Positions 61,221-64,000 of a stretch of 64,000 nt of DNA are shown here, one piece after another. Both the position numbers and the translations under genes were made by a program. The notes beneath the pieces are model-generated. The model had not been told where the DNA came from, did no database searches, and saw nothing but the letters and a program-made list of their open reading frames with translations. Every line of letters begins with the position of its first letter. Position 1 is the first letter of the stretch. The stretch is from IMG/VR virus record IMGVR_UViG_3300026078_000017, positions 248,001 through 312,000 of that record; one strand, given 5' to 3'.

Positions 61221-61568
61221 TCAGACCACCGTTTCAACACTAGAAACGGTCATGGATTCAGTCACTTCCGAAAGCGCCTGAACAATCCTAAGCTCATCAG
61301 AATGAAAGAACACACGCAGTTTCATTCCGGGACATTCCGGTTTGACCTGAGACATAAGCGTCTGATCGGCCCACAAAACAAGAACGTCATACTGATAGGC
61401 GTTCGGGTCACCATCAGGCCAAACGAGGTGAGAACGCGTCAGTGTTGTCTTAGAAAGGCACTCAGACAGCACCAGGTACTTGGCAAGAAGACTCTTGGTG
61501 CTGTTGACACGTACTATAATGTCACCAGTGTGACATGGGGGCTGACACACCCAAATCTTGGCAGACAT
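61221..61568 (-). CDS. small SH3/KOW-like protein (GD family)
   Basis: HTGDIIV...KYLVL. Confidence 0.7.
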   Translation of the reverse strand: MSAKIWVCQPPCHTGDIIVRVNSTKSLLAKYLVLSECLSKTTLTRSHLVWPDGDPNAYQYDVLVLWADQTLMSQVKPECPGMKLRVFFHSDELRIVQALSEVTESMTVSSVETVV

Positions 61569-61897
61569 TATTCAATCCTCTGGACGAGAGACCAAGTGCC
61601 ACTTTGAATCCTTTTGTCGCGGGATTCGGGCACAGTAATCATGCCTCTTGCGCCTGCTCCTCTTGGCGCAGCAGGCCCAATATAAAGATTCTTCAAGTCA
61701 CCGCCCAAGTTTATGACTGTATAGGTGTGCAAAGGAATCTTCATATGAGAAGATTCAGCAGGAACTGTGCCAGCATACTTGATGACGAAAAATAAATGAC
61801 TGTCAAAGTCTAAACCCGTGTCAGAGATGAAATTATATGAAATAATGTCACCAGGTTGGAAAGGTCCACGGTACTTGGGTGGGTTGATTGTCACCAC
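61568..61897 (-). CDS. small SH3/KOW-like protein (GD family)
   Basis: PFQPGDII...FFVI...VINL. Confidence 0.7.
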   Translation of the reverse strand: MVTINPPKYRGPFQPGDIISYNFISDTGLDFDSHLFFVIKYAGTVPAESSHMKIPLHTYTVINLGGDLKNLYIGPAAPRGAGARGMITVPESRDKRIQSGTWSLVQRIE

Positions 61898-62145
61898 TCC
61901 GTTTTAGCAGAAAGCTCTTCCATGGCAAGTTTTTCTTGCCAGTCATTAAATAACAAGTCACTATATGACAGACGGACAACTTTGTTGTTTTTTAAATCCC
62001 AAGCCCTAAGGCTTGTATGTTTTATTGGACTTTCCAACAACAAATAAAGAGAAGGTATTGAATCTTTCTTTGATTCCTTGAGATCGAGACTGTAAGTCCA
62101 CCCATTGTATGACACTAAGTCGCCACACTTATGAAAATGTGTCAC
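61891..62145 (-). CDS. small SH3/KOW-like protein (GD family)
   Basis: KCGDLVS...YLLLE...AWDL. Confidence 0.75.
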   Translation of the reverse strand: MTHFHKCGDLVSYNGWTYSLDLKESKKDSIPSLYLLLESPIKHTSLRAWDLKNNKVVRLSYSDLLFNDWQEKLAMEELSAKTEW

Positions 62146-62489
62146 ACCTCATCCTTACGGTCGTAATATTTCCAGAAGAGGGTTGGATCCTTGAACCAAA
62201 CCGTGTCAAGCTTCTTGTTGTCGTCACACTTGAGGATTTTCAGGCGAACCCTTGGTGAAGCTGTAACCGGAGAATTTTCCTCTACCTTATCCAAGGACAC
62301 TTCAAGAATCGTGTAAAACCGATTCTGATCGTGCTTTGGTACAATAAGCATGCCAACGACCGGCACATTTGCTGGAATCGTATAAGGTAACGAGTTTGCC
62401 ATATCCACTTTCTCTTCTTCTTCCTTTTGTTCTGCTGGTTCATTTGCTCCAATGAACCTATCAATCATTGACCTAAGCATATTTTTCAT
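62142..62489 (-). CDS. small SH3/KOW-like protein (GD family)
   Basis: PVVGMLIV...YTILE. Confidence 0.7.
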   Translation of the reverse strand: MKNMLRSMIDRFIGANEPAEQKEEEEKVDMANSLPYTIPANVPVVGMLIVPKHDQNRFYTILEVSLDKVEENSPVTASPRVRLKILKCDDNKKLDTVWFKDPTLFWKYYDRKDEV

Positions 62490-62728
62490 TCTAATGTACT
62501 CCAAACTTCTACACGAAAACCTTCATTTACGTACCAATAGTCAAGTTCTGACCTTAAAATTATCAGGAGATGTTGTGTAAATGATGACTTTCCAAGACGA
62601 ACCACCTTGAAATAATGTGCGTACTCATGAAGTACACCATTATCAAGAGCCAAAAATAACAGGTCATTTGAATCGATACCGATGATACCGATGATTATGT
62701 CGCCTGCTTTGGCTGGAAATGGCTTCAC
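62486..62728 (-). CDS. small SH3/KOW-like protein (GD family)
   Basis: AKAGDII...FLALD. Confidence 0.7.
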   Translation of the reverse strand: MKPFPAKAGDIIIGIIGIDSNDLLFLALDNGVLHEYAHYFKVVRLGKSSFTQHLLIILRSELDYWYVNEGFRVEVWSTLE

Positions 62729-62732
62729 GAAG

Positions 62733-63128
62733 TTAGACTAGCACATGGAATGGCAATGTGCCATTGTAATCAGTCAAGTTTATTAGGTACTCATAGTGTG
62801 AGTGATTGCACCAAAACACAAACCGAATACAAGATTCCATTTGACGATTCTCAAGAACGACAGGCCAGTAAATGTTCATCAACATTGCACCTTGCCCACG
62901 TTTGGCAGTGTGCCATCCTAGGATTTTACCTTGACCTGGAGAAGAGTTGCCTCCAGATTGAACTTGACACATCGTACATGCAAAATCAAAGGCTACAGCA
63001 GTTCCACGAGGCAACTTGTCCCAATAGCCCCTAAGATTTTCCAGTTTCTTCGTGCGAGCCTTCGTTCCGTTGAATAAATCTTCGGCTATCGACTTAGCCA
63101 AATTTACCAAAATGGAACGAACCGTCAT
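62733..63128 (-). CDS. hypothetical protein
   Basis: In operon. Confidence 0.6.
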   Translation of the reverse strand: MTVRSILVNLAKSIAEDLFNGTKARTKKLENLRGYWDKLPRGTAVAFDFACTMCQVQSGGNSSPGQGKILGWHTAKRGQGAMLMNIYWPVVLENRQMESCIRFVFWCNHSHYEYLINLTDYNGTLPFHVLV

Positions 63129-63141
63129 TCCATTAAATATG

Positions 63142-63441
63142 CTATCTCTTTTGAACCAACTTCAAAAACTTGTAAACCATGTGGTCAGGGACGGTCATGA
63201 CAACGATCTGACCTTGGTCAATCATTTTGACTCCCACAAGCTCCATAAGCTTGTAGTCACCATTGCAATCGGTGTCCCAATCAAGAGACGGGGTTCGTTT
63301 GGCGCCCATGAAAACAACTGTGCTTCCAGCCTTCAACACCCCTTTGACTCTTTTTTGACCTTGAGCTATTTCACACACGTGTTCTTGCTTGACCTTAAGC
63401 AAGTCCCCGTTACGAAAGAAGTTCAGACGTTTTTTAGGCAT
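63142..63441 (-). CDS. small SH3/KOW-like protein (GD family)
   Basis: FRNGDLLKV...VVFMG. Confidence 0.7.
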   Translation of the reverse strand: MPKKRLNFFRNGDLLKVKQEHVCEIAQGQKRVKGVLKAGSTVVFMGAKRTPSLDWDTDCNGDYKLMELVGVKMIDQGQIVVMTVPDHMVYKFLKLVQKR

Positions 63442-63733
63442 GTGAAACCACTAGAAAGTCATCAATGTCCGAAATGTGACTCAACACAAAGTAACACACA
63501 ACCCGATTGTTGCTCAAGTCTAAAAGTTTCATACTATGGAAGTTTGGTGGTACTTCAAGTACAGTTCCATCAAAAAACGGAACTTTTTCCCCAAGACCAA
63601 TTTCTAAAACCAAGTAATTGCTGGAACTGTTAACAAACATATGGTCATAGGCGAAACCAGCAAATCGATGTTCTTGGTCCTTGTTTACCGTAACAATGTC
63701 TCCAACTTGATATTTGTCACACAAGGTCATCAA
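63434..63733 (-). CDS. small SH3/KOW-like protein (GD family)
   Basis: YQVGDIV...YLVLE...LLDL. Confidence 0.75.
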   Translation of the reverse strand: MMTLCDKYQVGDIVTVNKDQEHRFAGFAYDHMFVNSSSNYLVLEIGLGEKVPFFDGTVLEVPPNFHSMKLLDLSNNRVVCYFVLSHISDIDDFLVVSHA

Positions 63734-63749
63734 CTAGTACCTTAGCATC

Positions 63750-63785
63750 AAAAAGAAAAGAAGGCAAGAATCCCTGCCTTCTTCT
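63750..63785 (-). terminator. intrinsic terminator
   Basis: AGAAGGCA...TGCCTTCT then U-tract on minus strand. Confidence 0.65.
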
Positions 63786-63812
63786 CGTTAACAAAGTTAT
63801 GTGATTTTGGGT

Positions 63813-64000
63813 TCAGCGCCCAAAATGCTTGGAGAGTGTTTCGTAGAGTGCGCGTGCCTGACGTCCCGACATTTCGACCTTGACCACACGCTTGCCGCCT
63901 GTAATCGTGGTCGAAGGCAAAAGAACCTCAACACTTGAACCCTTCTTGGTTCCGTGCGACTCTACACGAACACCTGCGGCAGTCGAGTGAGTGGTGCGAA
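63813..64000 (-). CDS. partial hypothetical protein (5' outside window)
   Basis: Hand-translated ...VKVEMSGRQARALYETLSKHFGR*. Confidence 0.65.
   Translation of the reverse strand, partial: RTTHSTAAGVRVESHGTKKGSSVEVLLPSTTITGGKRVVKVEMSGRQARALYETLSKHFGR

Noticed and set aside
1-64000. Alternative genetic code fragmenting long genes
   Set aside because: Short ORFs each restart with the family motif, overlap in different frames and end in all three stops; long enzymes are intact in code 11.
1-64000. CRISPR array, diversity-generating retroelement or retron behind the diversity
   Set aside because: No regularly spaced repeats, reverse transcriptase or template/variable repeat pair was seen in this window; they could lie elsewhere in the genome.
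1-64000. Integron-type attC cassette array
   Set aside because: Most family genes overlap directly with no room for attC hairpins, and no integrase is present.

Overview
This looks like an accessory or early region of a large (probably jumbo) tailed bacteriophage. There are about 190 tightly packed short genes on alternating strands and no capsid, tail, terminase or polymerase genes. Four layers stand out. (1) By my count roughly 100-110 genes encode highly divergent 65-150 aa proteins sharing an N-terminal [VPK]-G-D-[LIV]-[LIV] motif followed by an aromatic-L-[VI]-L strand, consistent with an SH3/KOW-like beta-barrel; they form tandem sub-clusters. (2) More GC-rich genes are interspersed, many with their own sigma70-type promoter (TTGAC/TTGCA-N13-14-TGCTA), most densely at 8.3-16.6 kb. 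(3) There is one clear tRNA-Lys(UUU), several aberrant tRNA-like elements and several ORF-free, promoter-driven structured RNAs. (4) Recognisable enzymes are a T4 Rnl1-like RNA ligase, a P-loop kinase, a cyclic-phosphate-processing receiver, a KhpA-like KH protein, a stand-alone response regulator, a radical SAM enzyme, a gp88-like Fe-S protein, a 2OG-Fe(II) oxygenase, a SleB-like hydrolase, a SWIM protein, two HNH and two GIY-YIG endonucleases, plus two Cys-rich lipoproteins. All family calls are from motif recognition by eye; no searches were run. Many start codons were shifted from the ORF track to the first start downstream of a promoter, RBS or stop/start overlap.
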